From Iphione sp. A-MEVVRFRX5 (taxonomy: Eukaryota), in NCBI GenBank assembly GCA_976226885.1, contig OZ320322.1, forward strand, positions 25,482,001-25,546,000: 64,000 bases of DNA. The letters run 5' to 3'. The notes under the pieces are model-generated. The model did not search any database. It worked only from the letters and a program-made list of their open reading frames with translations, and was not told the origin of the DNA. Each line of letters opens with the position of its first letter. Within the stretch, counting starts at the first letter, position 1. The translations under genes and the position numbers were made by a program. This document shows, in pieces, positions 23,002 to 36,000 of this stretch.

Positions 23002-23493
23002 TGTAGCTAAACAGCTATGAGCTGATTGGTGGACAGTAATAACACAAGTCAGTTTGTAACCATTTTATTCCATCATGTGATACATTGTTGCTATCTGGCC
23101 TTGAAAGTTACTATAAATATAGCTCCTGTGTGGCCAATAAACCAGTCTGCACTTGGATACCATTGTGGAACTTGTCTCTTCAGGGGAGTTGATAGGAACA
23201 CATACCCATTTGGAATACCTTAGCCGAAGACTTTGCACATAGCTACTAATTAGGAATACAAGGAATAACCAGGCAAGGATTTAATCAGACATAGTTGGAG
23301 TTTCTTGAGTGGAAGTATTAACAGACAAGCTACATTAGATTAGCCAAAGTAGGACTAGACATATCATAGTTGGAGTTACCAAGTGGGGGTACAAACATGC
23401 TTATTACAGTAATACTTTGAGGCTATTCCCCGTTATTTCTGTCAAGTTGTACTCTTCTTAGTGCTTGAGTGCCTCGTTCATAAGCCTGTTACA
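23002..23493 (+). mobile_element. Probable solo LTR (492 bp)
   Basis: Starts TGTAG and ends GTTACA. It contains TATAAAT (~23112) and AATAAA (~23136). The flanks TACTT (22997-23001) and TACAT (23494-23498) look like a 5-bp duplication with one mismatch. Confidence 0.42.
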
Positions 23494-25422
23494 TACATGG
23501 AGGCTATTCAGAAATATGACACGAGGATAGCTTGTCGAAGTTGTTTATCTGTTGTTAATTTAGGGATCGTGGGTGTCAGTATAATTTCAAAAGTTTCCAA
23601 TAACAAACTTCGGAAAATTATACCCAGCGTGAGGCAATTGAATGTTATAATACAGTTGTCTAGAAAGGTACTGCTGATTTCAATTGACAGCAGTGGTGTG
23701 TACTTAAGTTCTTACTATCACAAATGTGAGAAGATTGTGTGAAATTAATATATAATTGGAGCTTACTTTGAAATCTCTGGTCGATTAGCTGCTTTGAATA
23801 TCCGATCGAGAATCCCTTAAACCTACTTCACATTTACGAGTTTCCTATGGAATCCATTTTTGTCACTGGACATTCGATATTCTTTCTTAAATTTTAGCCT
23901 TGCAACGTGCATCAGAATAACATTAACCTGAAAATTCATCTGCATTTGATTTCTTGTCTTTTTCTTATTTTCTATATCCAAACAGGAATCTCTGTAATTA
24001 AACTTCATACACAGAAAAACAACCAGCGATTCTGCAGCCGTACGATTTGAAATCAAAGTTAACTGCAAAGTGACAGGGTAATACAACCTCGAACAGTTTT
24101 AATATTTCAAAGTAGACACTGTTCAAATTTCCTTATTTGATAAGACGTATAACATTGGATATGAAACCTTTCGGATGGCATGTAGAAGGCACCTGGAGTA
24201 ATGACTACTTTCCCCTGTTTCCAACCATGTTATTACACGATAACCTGTGTTATACAACTGACATCCAGTCTTGATATACGAGACCCGGAGCCAACACTGT
24301 AACATGAGTATTTCAAGCCTGCAATATATGTCTTATTGCACGGTGTACAAATAAAAGCAATATAAGCCAGGCCTAATATGTGTGTTTACATACATGTCTG
24401 AACGAGTCTTTCCAGGAAACTTGGCCGTTTTTGTCTCACGATACATATAATGATAATACCGCAGCATGTATGATAAATTACCCACCGTCTCTATGAATAT
24501 TACACACAGTATATCATTGAGAGCTTTTCCCAAATTGTTTTAAGGATTATTTGTACACCTCCTTGGGGTGTCGTGTTATAATACGTATCCGTATTATTCT
24601 TACCTCATGTACAACAGGTATATATGTTCTAAGTCCATTGCGTGTCGCGCACACTGCACAGAAATCATATGTTTATGCTGCTGCTGCAGATCAATACAGG
24701 TGGAAAGTTTATATTTGGAGCGATGCATTACATGCAGCCTTGTTTCGCAAGCTGGGCACTCTCCCATGCTAAGAGACCTTCTTACGGTGAGGAGGTGAAT
24801 CCTTATGCCACGTGATATGTAAATTATGAAAGTTTAATTAGAATGATCCTGGTAGTAAAACATCAGAAGCTAATCAATAGGTAACAAAATGAGGAAACTA
24901 CCGTAATAGATCCGTAGTATGCAGTTCTACTGTACGATGCTCCTTTATAATCAAAATTCACGTAATTTCACCTGGAAAAGGTGAAGCAGTAGAAGAAAGA
25001 TGAGAAAGATGAGGTAAGGGGGAAATGCCTTGCTGCTTAAAATCATATTCGTGCCAATTCTGCTCTCTACAAAAATAAGAGGTTGACAAGCAGTGGAACC
25101 AAACACGAGGGAAGCACACATCGTGTATTGCACGGTGGGCCTGGTCAGATAACATCAGTCGGCAAACACATTTTGGGGCGCACTAGTTTGGGAGTAGAAA
25201 CGAACTTTGTTCGTCTAGGGGGGGGGCATAAAGTGCACTTGACTCCAAATTGAAGGGTAAAAATTTGGCTCACCCAAACAGTGGTCACCCCTGTCCACCG
25301 CCAGTGAAGTCGGGTGCGTGATAATTACACATCATGTACTGTATATTTTACTTTTTCACCCTGAAACGCACGGAGATCCCATGTCTCATAAACCATTTTA
25401 AATGAAGATTAGCAGCTGCTTC

Positions 25423-25457
25423 CCAGTCTTTACCCGGCATAGCGGGTAAAGGACTGG
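25423..25457. other. Isolated strong hairpin
   Basis: CCAGTC-TTTACCCG-GCATAG-CGGGTAAA-G-GACTGG: a 14-bp stem with a one-base bulge and a 6-nt loop. Confidence 0.7.
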
Positions 25458-26181
25458 ACTGGCAGGGTTTCCTCGTACTTCACCCGACCAAGTATTGTAG
25501 CATGCATTAGTATGCATCAACATACATTGTACATAACACAGATTGTCGTCACAATCGTCACTTTTCTACTTTTGTACGTTATCACGATTCATTTGTTCCA
25601 ACTATCCAAGGATATCTTTATATACTGAACAGAGAAAGGTCAATAAAACATTGAAAGATTGAATGTGTGTGCCGAATTTGAGCCTGTCTGGTGACTCATG
25701 GTGTGAGTAATTGACTGAAGATGCTTATGAGTGTCGGGATTAAATTGAGTGGTCTATGTGTGTACATGACATAACTAGGAGACTGTGTATACAATGTCAT
25801 GTCTACATTCTGTGAATAGGACACAACCCGATATTACATCATGTGGTAAAACAGATATGACTCTGTTATTTACGGGGTGTTGGACTGAGTTGTGTTAGAA
25901 TGACCTTTAACAATAATCGATACAGTTATACGTGTGACATGAAGAAACTGACATAAGCTTAAATTGCAATCACCAGCAGCGATAAGCATACTTTATTTGT
26001 TACAATATTTAAGTAGCTATATAGATTTGAATGTCACCTGTAATAGTCGCTTGTTACAATTGTTGTATAATACTATCGTATGTTTTTGCCCACTGTTTGC
26101 AATTATTAACTTGCTCACATCATATTAACCAATATTCTTGTGAAAAGCCCTGTACAACAGTGAAGACCTTGAATGAACAGA

Positions 26182-26201
26182 TGAATTGAATTGAATTGAA
26201 T
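26182..26201. repeat. (TGAAT)4 pentamer run, probably the 3' tail of a decayed LINE or SINE upstream
   Basis: Read directly. The upstream element identity was not established. Confidence 0.6.
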
Positions 26202-29200
26202 TCGACCGGTCACATGATATACAAAAATCACTCATGTCTTCTTAGTTGTGATCCATATTTATATTAGTAGCGGGTTCGCTTTTTGTCTGTCGGTATACAT
26301 GCAAGGTACACACGAAAGAAGTGGGCTTGAATTTTAACATTCAATCAATTAAGGACTAACAGACATAATTTCCATGCCTGCATGTTTTCACCGTTGTATT
26401 GCTCTATTTCTCTGGGTTTTTTTTTAAACGTCGCTTATCAACTGCTCAATGTATTTTTCCATGTCGCTGTGACCCTGTGCTGGTCTTAGCTTGTCCATGT
26501 GATGGTGCTTTCAGAGAGGGCCTTGCAATTTTCATGGCCATGCTGCCATTTTGTTATCGTGTTTTTGTAACTTCGAGTAACAACAGGAGTGACGTAGGGA
26601 GGCATAGTTGTTCACCATCATTTCCCATCATCGCCCATTGTTTCCTCGTGTAACCTCTGTGTAAACAGTACACGTTTCCCATGAAATTAAATCCGAGACA
26701 GTGTCTACTTGTATAACAAGGTGTTAATAATGAGGAAAAACTAATCAGAAAATTTGAAAGTTTGTACCCCGTACAAAGTGCAATCTACAGTACATTCACG
26801 TGTGTAATCTTATCGCCTGCGACGATGTAAAAGTTTCTTTGACATCAGTATAATTACGTTACAATGGCAGTGCACGGATACGTCCACATCATGTTCGCTA
26901 GAGAACTGGGAGTCCTTCCCATACTTCCCGGCATGAAGAAATGGCTCGAGGTGAATAAATGAATGCTCTGGAGGGCGGCGCTGAGGAACTCGTAGCATTG
27001 AAATCTCCCATGAAAGGCGACACACGGTCTTAACAGGAGCATGTATTCTGCATGCTCAGGTAGATCTGGCCGTGTCCATGATCTAATCGCTTTGAAGCAA
27101 GCATATCCCGTCTATACCCATCTACTCACAGGGAATCCATCCATGGGTGCCGGTTGGATTCCCCTCACGAGAACACTTTGATGCTTCACACCCTCTATCT
27201 TTATCCTTCATGCATTCACATTCACACCGCTCCCAAGTGCTTGTCGGAAGTACCTTTGACGGCACAAGCCTTGCCTACTTTCTTTCTGCCATCATCGGTG
27301 GTCCTCTGGGAGTGTCATTCTGCGGTTTCCTTTATGTTTCGAGCCTTGATTCGTACTTAGACTTATAGTCCACTCTCCACCTTTTTTTTACATTGCCTAT
27401 CTGAGGGGGGTCCAAGCAGTAGTGGTCCAATTTAGGCGACGGTCCCCGCTGGCGGACGTCTACATACATCATCTGTGCAGGAGAAGTGATCGCCTTTTCT
27501 GAAATGGACCCCTGCCGAGGTTCCCCGCCTAATGTAGTATTTTATTTGGTGCTTTCCATCTCTGTCATTGTCCTTTGTCCGTGTTGAATGTTCGCACTCT
27601 TGGCGGCGAGAATACAGGCGGACGCCGCCAAACCGGTCACCCTCTGTGTTTTTTTTTCATTGTCGCATTTTGGATATATTAACTATAGAGATTGAGCTAC
27701 TTTTGCCTATATCATCAACATTTGGCACATAGCCGCGATACGTCCCATAGGGGATGTCGGACTGTGTACTTTGTTCAACGATAACTTTAATCCAGCATAT
27801 CCTATTTTAATGACCAAAAAAGAATAAAAACAATTAACACAATGTGAGGCTACCCTCAAGGCTAAGCCAATCTTCCGGTTTTGCAAAAAAAGGAGACCAC
27901 GTGCATATACATATATATAATATATATAGAGACAAACACCAAAGTGGGCAGGCTCACTTCACAATTTGAGCTTTATTCAACAGGGAGAAGAAAAAATTTC
28001 AAGTTCAATGAAGGTTGTCACCCTAGATGTTCCAATGCTGACAATGCGTTACCAACGCGTCAGCCTGTTGGCTCGGTGAAACGATACATGATACTCGTTC
28101 CTATGCCAATATGCAAATTATCTTTATTTGCGATATACAATAATCGGCATACATCTCTGTTGGGATGATGGAGCAGCGTGCTCATCCATGGACTGGCAGT
28201 CCGGTAGAATTCGATCTGGTGTCGATCTGGTGAATCTGGGAATTTGGATCATGCTTTGTACATATTATGAGAATGTGAAATAATTATGTTTTATTTTGAA
28301 AGGTACTTGGGCAGGAGTAGTAAATAATGGAGGAAGAGATGAAATAAACTGATATTTATACTTTGTATACATTGAGTGGACCAGATCCTTGAAGGACGTT
28401 TTTTTTATATTTCTTCACGAGAAACAATTGATCCAAATGTAGGACAAACTACAAAATGTATTACAAAGCAAGAGATTTCTTAACACCGTAATTCATGCAC
28501 CTTCAGGACTTGCTAATTCTTACATTCATCTTAGAACCCGAACCTACGTCTACTTCACTGCCATACACCATACGAAATATTTCGTAAATAGTATTCATAA
28601 CATTTCCTCAGATATCAACGAATACCCAGGGATCGAGTGAGGTCTTACAGATGTTCACCCCCATTAACAAATGCCTCGGGTAGTATACGCGAATGTTAAA
28701 ATCGGGCCCTAGGTATACCCTTTATTTCACATTCTGTCAATCTCTCACCACCTGCAACCTTCCCATAAAATGGCCTCTTACTGGGTTCTACTTAGATTCT
28801 TCGCCATTCAGGAAGCTCACCCGTAGGGGACACCTTTCAATGGCACCCGCCGACTCTAATCACCGACCGATGCGGGAGATGGCTACCAGCTAGTGGCTTT
28901 TGACAGCTGTGCCAATCTCCTGCGCAGGTCACTGTGCTTGGTGGACTTCACGTTGCTATCCCTATTGCACCGCAGGGCGCCCTGCTCATGTTAGGTGGAA
29001 GGTGCAGTTGGTTGGGGCCGTTTTCATTCAGCTCGACATGTTACCTGTGTCCAGGACAAGTACAGGACACCGGTACATCATCAAAGGTCACCCTCCGCGT
29101 GTCACTTGCTACACAGTTGCCATTGGGTCGACAAGTCCAGGCATAACTGGAGAAAAAAGGGAAACGAGAGGCTTATGCACTCAAGTCTGAGAAGGAATAA

Positions 29201-29639
29201 GGGGATTGGAAGAAGTAGGATATGGAGGATGCTAGCGAGGGAAATTGTGGCCATCATGACAACAAAAGGGTCTGCGAACAAGCAGTGAATGACAAGTTTT
29301 AACACAGGTAGTTGGGATGTGGTGCGGGGCCCCGGAAGGCAGCGAGTGCTAATTTCCTGTGATCTGCCGAGAGATAGTTGTCATCAAGTGCCACTAGCGG
29401 AGATGAATTCTTCTGATACATCGCCGCTTCTGAGGACGAATCATTTCCCTCTCTAATAGGCTGCATTCCTTGATCACCTTACTTAGGCTCTGGATCGCAT
29501 GAATATCTTGCGAACTTGCCGGGCGATTAATGAACAAATTGCGGCATTATTTCCGGAGACATAACATAGCACAGAACACTTCTATATTTTTCATGATTGT
29601 ATAGATACATCGCCAACATATCTGAACACGCGAGGATGA

Positions 29640-29900
29640 AAACACGAAAGTCTCATTCAGGAAGAACTAGGCACTGACAGAATATGTTCTGTAAGCGAGA
29701 GATTGCCAAAAACAAAGGAGTGGAAATGTAGGAAGATGGAGATAATGCTTCATACGGAAAGCATCCCATGTGCGTGTGACACGCAGGTGTGTGAGAAATA
29801 GGTGGAGGCTGTGAAAGCTGCCTGGAGATGAGGTCCATTTCACATGCGAGAAATCTTGCCTTTTTTCTGTAAAATGAGGCCCCTGTACGGGAAATCTATA
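29640..29900 (+). pseudogene. Possible decayed C-terminal CCHC region of a LINE ORF2
   Basis: Remnant motifs GNVGRW and LPGDEVHFTC across frameshifts resemble the GR...C..C...GDE.H...C pattern. Confidence 0.33.
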
Positions 29901-30734
29901 AGAGGGTACAAATGAAATATCTACAGCAAAGAAAAACCACACATGTGATCATAAACTAATGCCAGATGTAATAAGCTCTACTTTTGATGAAAAAGGGTTT
30001 GCGGGAGGGTTTTGAGAACGGAAGCAGGTCTAATACTCAGAAGATTAGCAGGAGGTAACCATAAGGTAGTAGTTTACATACAACTTTGTACGACGATTAT
30101 TTCTTCCATGGACAAAATCATCAGACAAAAATATACTTCTTTAATATATTGTGTAATGAATGGATCTAATTGTTTAAATATATACAGCATCACCACCAGG
30201 TGTGTGACAAAAACTATCACTTTAGAATAGTGTACTCATTTGGTCAGTTTCCCGAGGATATATTCTACCTAGGAACAATTCTTGTAAACAATTGATTGCA
30301 TGAGCCTATTTCCATCTAAATTAGAATAATGCAGAAAGGAAGAGAATATCTAGCAAAAAAATGTTTATGTTTATGTATGACGATGCAAAAGAGAATGTTT
30401 TGCACAAACTGCAAATGTTTGTCTTTTCACGGATAGATAACGGCGAGATCATCAAGGTAATTTATTCCGAAAAAAAAACAAATGTTTAACTATCTCCAAA
30501 AATCAGCGTCAGATAATTATTTGCCTACAAATATTTAACTATGTCCATTATCGTCAGATATATTCACAGCTGAGGCAGTATCTGTTGAAAAACAAGACGT
30601 ATTTGTAAGAGCCCTTGTAATTGACCGAATATTTTGTCACCAACAGTGCAAAACTGATAGTGTTGTACATTTAGATACCTTTACCACATGTAAGTTGAAA
30701 TATTATTTTTTGTTTTTAAGATCTTATTTTTTCT

Positions 30735-31145
30735 GCAGCATCCCATAGATAACTCCCATCCAGCTCGATATGCCCTCATTTACCTTTGTCCTTTTCCCCT
30801 CCCTCTCAAATAATCCCAAAACCAAGCGATATCCTCAACTGCCCCCTTTGTCTTTAATTTGGTCAGTATAGCATTATGCTTGATCGAATCCAAGGCTTAT
30901 CTATTGTCTATGTAAGCCACTATCTCGATTTTGCCATCATTAAATGCTCTATGGATTACGCTTTTTAGTGTTGATATTGGTCCTATCCTGGTACTCCCTT
31001 CTCTGAACCCATATTGTTGTAATGCTAACTGCTTAGTATTTCCCAAGAACTTGTATAGATGGCTGTGCTAGTAGTTCCACTTTAATTTGCCTAGTAGGGA
31101 TTACATCTATGCCAGTGGACTTGTTGTTACTTATTTTGGTAAAGA
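30735..31145 (-). mobile_element. Decayed LINE RT fragment (CR1/L2-group)
   Basis: The minus strand reads KISNNKSTGIDVIP, then LQQYGFREGST...AFNDGKIEIVAYIDNR*ALDSIKHNAILTKL...WFWDYLRGR, then KVNEGISSWMGVIYG after a frameshift. Confidence 0.82.
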
Positions 31146-31699
31146 GTAGGAGACAACCATGGGTTTTCTGGTCTGTGATAGGTAGTTGTAGAAGGTAGTG
31201 TCCTGCCCCAGGACAGCATAAAAGAACTGATGAAAGAGGGCCGCAATATTGCATACACGTACCTGTATGCACAAAAGTCGTACCATCCCTGAGTGTCCTT
31301 GACATGAAATATGCAATAATATGCATGCCACGAGACCAAACATGCTTACTGCACTTTGAGAGTTGTTTATTCTTCTAGGAGCGAGTTTATTTTAATTATT
31401 CAGCTTGAACAGGCTAGCGAAGCTTTACTATAGTTCAAATAAACACTTCCTAATGATCGGATTCTATGTTTGACCTTTATTAATATCCCTATCTTGAACC
31501 AGTTCGAACAATAAAATACAATGTAGTGTAACGTGTCGGTCGTCGTCAGGCCGGATGGCCACTGTGAAATAAAGAACTTCCACACAGAATATGCGTTGTT
31601 GCTCTCACTTCCAAGTCTGGATGAGAACTGTCTTTATTCAGGAAATCAGTGCCCTTATATACAGAGTCTGGCTCTAAAATTAGCCATGGTACAGTCTTA

Positions 31700-31970
31700 A
31701 AAATAGTAACACCCTCCCCCAGAGATCTTTCTGGAGGGGTGCTTCTGGAACCTTCTACAGCACATACTACCTTTCTCTATAGGATCCTTCTGGAAAGATC
31801 CTTTCCAGAACCTTCCATAGCACATACTACCTTGGATCCTTCTAGAAAGATCCTTTCCAGAGCCTTCCGAGCTATGCTCAGTACACACGTACTCCCTTCT
31901 AGGAGAGTTTCCAGAATGTTCTACCCACCCCACGCCACCGGTGGCTATTTCGGAGGACTATCCTCCGAGA
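31700..31970. repeat. Palindrome-rich tandem repeat cluster
   Basis: Repeated unit ..GAACCTTC..AGCACATACTACCTT..GGATCCTTCTGGAAAGATCCTTTCCAG. Hairpins at 31788-31810 (perfect 10-bp arms), 31840-31862, 31934-31945 (GCCACCGGTGGC) and 31951-31967. Confidence 0.8.
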
Positions 31971-33954
31971 ACCCTTTCGGAGGAAACACTCTCAATGTGC
32001 ATTTTGTTCGTACCAAACACCGAAACGCTACAGTAGTATAGCTTTATCCAAGCATTACATATAAACGTATACTAACAAACCACCCTTGCTTCCTTCATTA
32101 AGTATGGCAAAACAATGTACAGAGATACAGAACCGTCACAAGTAATGAGCTACAACACGTGCCATTGCCTTTTTTTCTGCCTGTGCTTTTCTTCGGGGTT
32201 TGAACTGAGACACGATGGTCAGCGACAGGGTAGGTTCAAGGGGATAAGGGAACTATCAACCAGGATTTATGGTGATGCATGCCTTGTCTGTATGCATGTG
32301 TGGTGCACGTTTACTTTAATCTTCGTACTTCTGCTTCTAAATATATAGGTCGGCTCGCAATCTCCATTCCCTTCATGGTGCCACCTCTTTTTTGTGCCCC
32401 CTCACTCCCACTGCCTCTGAGCCCTCACACATGATGCCTCTGCTCACAGAATCCCAAGCTCCGACATCCCCTTTTCACCTGTCCTCTTGAAGAATAGGCT
32501 CCTTCTACCGGAATAAGCATCTAGGAACTAAATTTAATTTATGTTTTCATTCGATATCCCAGAATTATTAGTGCTGTATACTGCTCATGTCCTAAATAGC
32601 TTAAGGTCTCGATAATATTTTGTAGACGTTGGCAAAGAAAATCTTGTGGACAAGTTTATGCGTCGCATTAAGTTATTGCCCGGGATATATACTCAACAAA
32701 AATAGAAATGTACCTCTATATAAACGTAAATATTACAATTTCCTCTATAACAGTAACATATCGAGAGAGAGAAAAATCATAGATTACTTTATGAGAGAAA
32801 CGGACTTCTGAAATGTCAAAAACTTAACCATTAATGTAAATGTAATTCAGACCGAAACCATCAAACTTTTCCGTTAATTCTCAACGAGGCTTACATTTGT
32901 CGACCGTTGATCCTCAGGAAAGTGACAAATGCCAAGACGGCTTTCCATTTATGCACAACAGTTTGTAAAACCGGGCTTGTACCCTTTGGTAGATTTAGGA
33001 GACCTTGTAGACTGAGGAGTTGAATAGCCTTCCATGACAGCCATTATTCCTAGTGATTCCACTGAGACTTTTTGCATAACGTTCTGGTTTTGATTTCGGT
33101 GTGTTTTTTGCACTCGCCTGCTCCCTAAGGAACAAAAACGAACCTAATTTGATAAGAGCGGCTTCTTTTACCCAGGAATTTTCATTTTGAATGATCCCCC
33201 TTTTCTGACAAGATTTTCACTTGCCCTCGGTCTTGGTGAACGGTTCTCACGACAGACGTGCCTTTACCGTGTCTGGAGGCTCTCTGTGCGGCTTTACTCG
33301 TCAAATGTCGCTTAAATTTGTATTCAGGTCTTCAATTATGTATCTGTCAATGCAACTGGACGTATGTGTTAAAAGCAATTTTAAGTGACTGAGACTTTGT
33401 AACAAAAGCAGAACGACATTTTCAAAAGGCTTTCGGCAAGTTTATCATTCGTCGCTTTACAAAACGAAAGTGACTTTGGCATGTATATATTTTCTTGATT
33501 GAAGAACAAACGCCGGACGAAAGTGCAAAAGAAAAACAGGCAAATACGATGGTAAATGGAGAGGATATTTCTCCAATCAGAAATTATTACTACACATCTA
33601 TTTGGTGTTACCTAACAGACTACATGTCAAAACTAATCACAGGACGAGGCTGGGTAGGAAGAAAAGACTCGAAGTCTGTAACAAAGGTACTAATATGGTT
33701 ACGCGTCCTTCCGTGGAATGTGTTAGCTGAGAAAAATAAAGCATTAACCGCAGTGAAAGTATTCAAAAAAAGACTGATTGTATAATAAATGTGTAATCAG
33801 TATCTAATACAATCGATGTTTCAACTGTTATCTACCATTGATCAGTTAACTAATTACTGTCTCCATCTGAAAAGCTTTTTGCACATAAAGAGTTGAGACA
33901 AATGTTATTATTATATTATGTGCTGTGATACAGGTTTAAATATGACCACCACGC

Positions 33955-34032
33955 AGTGGCGGTTGATGCATCAACATTCGGTTTCACATACAGCACTCAG
34001 CCACAGCGAATGCCATTGCCTCAACTGCCACT
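33955..34032. mobile_element. Possible 78-bp miniature inverted-repeat remnant
   Basis: AGTGGCGGTTGA and TCAACTGCCACT are an 11/12 inverted match. A perfect palindrome GTTGATGCATCAAC lies at 33962-33975. No TSD was found. Confidence 0.35.
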
Positions 34033-35648
34033 AAGTGCGGTCTTATTTTTATTCCACACCGTGTTATATTTCATACATACATACTGATTTTCAGATATTT
34101 ATGGATGTAATTCTCTGTTATTTCAACTTGTTGGCAGTTTGTTTACGCAAAGTGTCACATTAACCAAGCATGGTGTGCCTGTTTGTCCTGGGTCAAGCAT
34201 GCACACTAAACACAGGTTAGGTTGTCTTCAGGTTTCTAGCTAACAGGACACACTAAACTTAAAGTGATCACATAAAATTGAATATAAGTCTAAATGACTT
34301 GGGGACACATCAGAAGCGTGTGTTTATGATTAATTTATATAATTATTGTTTGGTTGCATTCAAAATGGTCTAATCTATAAATAGTATGATGAACAAAAAC
34401 TGAGTCAACAACCATCCGCCATTTTGATTGGGTCAAGAAAGAACATAAGTCCATATGACATCTTACATTCAAACTTTTGTCCTCATGGCACACTATTGCG
34501 GTATGCACTCACATATTTGCATGCTCTGAGACTGTGGTCTTGTCAAAGAATACTGCACGAGCGGGGAATAAACTCTTTTACCAATGCAGAAATAAGCACC
34601 GTATATCAAATCATAATATCATTGTAACCAGCTGGTTTTGAAGAATGATCAATCTTGATGTGTACTCAAGCCAGCTGTACTGCACCAAAAGTAACGTTTT
34701 GTCCTGAAACAAAAATGGAGACGAGGAACTATCATTTGATATCAACAGGAAAAACAGAAAAAGAAGATATGGTTTTATAGATCAGAAGATTCAGGATACA
34801 CGCAGATAATAGTTCCAACACATGGTGATAAGGCTTAGTGAATGATGTACAGTTTAATCTCTATTTCCGACCACCTCATTTTGTAACATTACTCATTAAG
34901 ACAACCGTCACAGCTAGGTACAAAAGCTTGGATTTCTATAATTAACAATTATCGATTGGCGACCAAATTCACTAATACGACCACTTTTGCTGAGCCTGGG
35001 AGCTGGTCGCAAAATAGTGTTTCGACTGTATGTGTTTCCAGTAATCGAATGCATCCCGATTTTTGTCTTTATAGAGTTTTTTTAATGTTTTACTGTTTTG
35101 TGAATATTCTCGGAACGAATTATGCTAGAGACAAATTCAAGTTACTGTCCCGTTTCCTGTATCATTACCTTGCACATGGTACCAGTTGCATTAAAATCTA
35201 AGCAGTAGAAGTGATAGTAGTTATTATACCAATTATCACTGGAGGAAACCTCAGCTACCTTCTGACTCTATCCTCCTTTAAATACAGATATTCCGTTTTA
35301 GGCATAGTGTGGTTGAATGCATTTTCCCCACAGAACACATTGGACATCAAAGACAGAGGAGTAAATACAAAAGATTTGTGACAGGCTACGCCCAAGGACT
35401 TCTGTATGTCTGTCTATTAAATGGACTGTCAGAAATGATGTTTTACAGTGACAGCATAAGATTCCGGTGAGGTTTACCCTTAAGCAGTGCAATAATAAAC
35501 AAAACCTTGGAAACACTCTGAAATCCACCTCGTCTGTGAATACCTATTAACCTATCCCATCAGATACCCTAAGGATGCCTTATGCACGGTACTTCGATTT
35601 GTTTTAAACTCCACGCCGCACCTGTCTCAAACTCTTTTAATGATACAA

Positions 35649-36000
35649 GGGTGGGGAGTTAGCTCAGTGGTAGAGCACTGGTCCACTGATTGAGAGGTCG
35701 CAGGTTCAATCCCGGGCTTGGGACTCTTGATCACAACCAGACAGATTTACTGTAGCCCTAACCCAGAGTGGTCCACAACTCGTAAAAAGGCTGTGGGTGT
35801 ATAGGAGTCTGTCCCCTATGCACAAAAAGACCCCAGAAACCTATTCGAAATAAGAGTAGAGGGCAACTCCGGGTATTCTGGTCTTTCAATTCTCAATAAT
35901 AGATGGTAGTATGCTACCCCAGGAGGATATGGAACAGCTCTGTCATGTGATAGAGAATTTCTAGTTCCTGGTTAAAGATACAATGAAATGAAATGAAATA
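35649..36000 (+). mobile_element. tRNA-derived SINE with a probable Meta-type central domain and a (TGAAA)n tail
   Basis: Pol III A box TAGCTCAGTGG (35660-35670) and B box GGTTCAATCCC (~35703-35713). The central TGGTCCACAACT...TGCACAAAAAGACCCC...TCGAAATAAGAGTAG resembles my recollection of the MetaSINE core. The tail is ATGAAATGAAATGAAAT. Confidence 0.82.

Noticed and set aside
35649-35722. Functional tRNA gene
   Set aside because: The anticodon and acceptor stems do not pair properly, and the sequence continues into a SINE body and tail.
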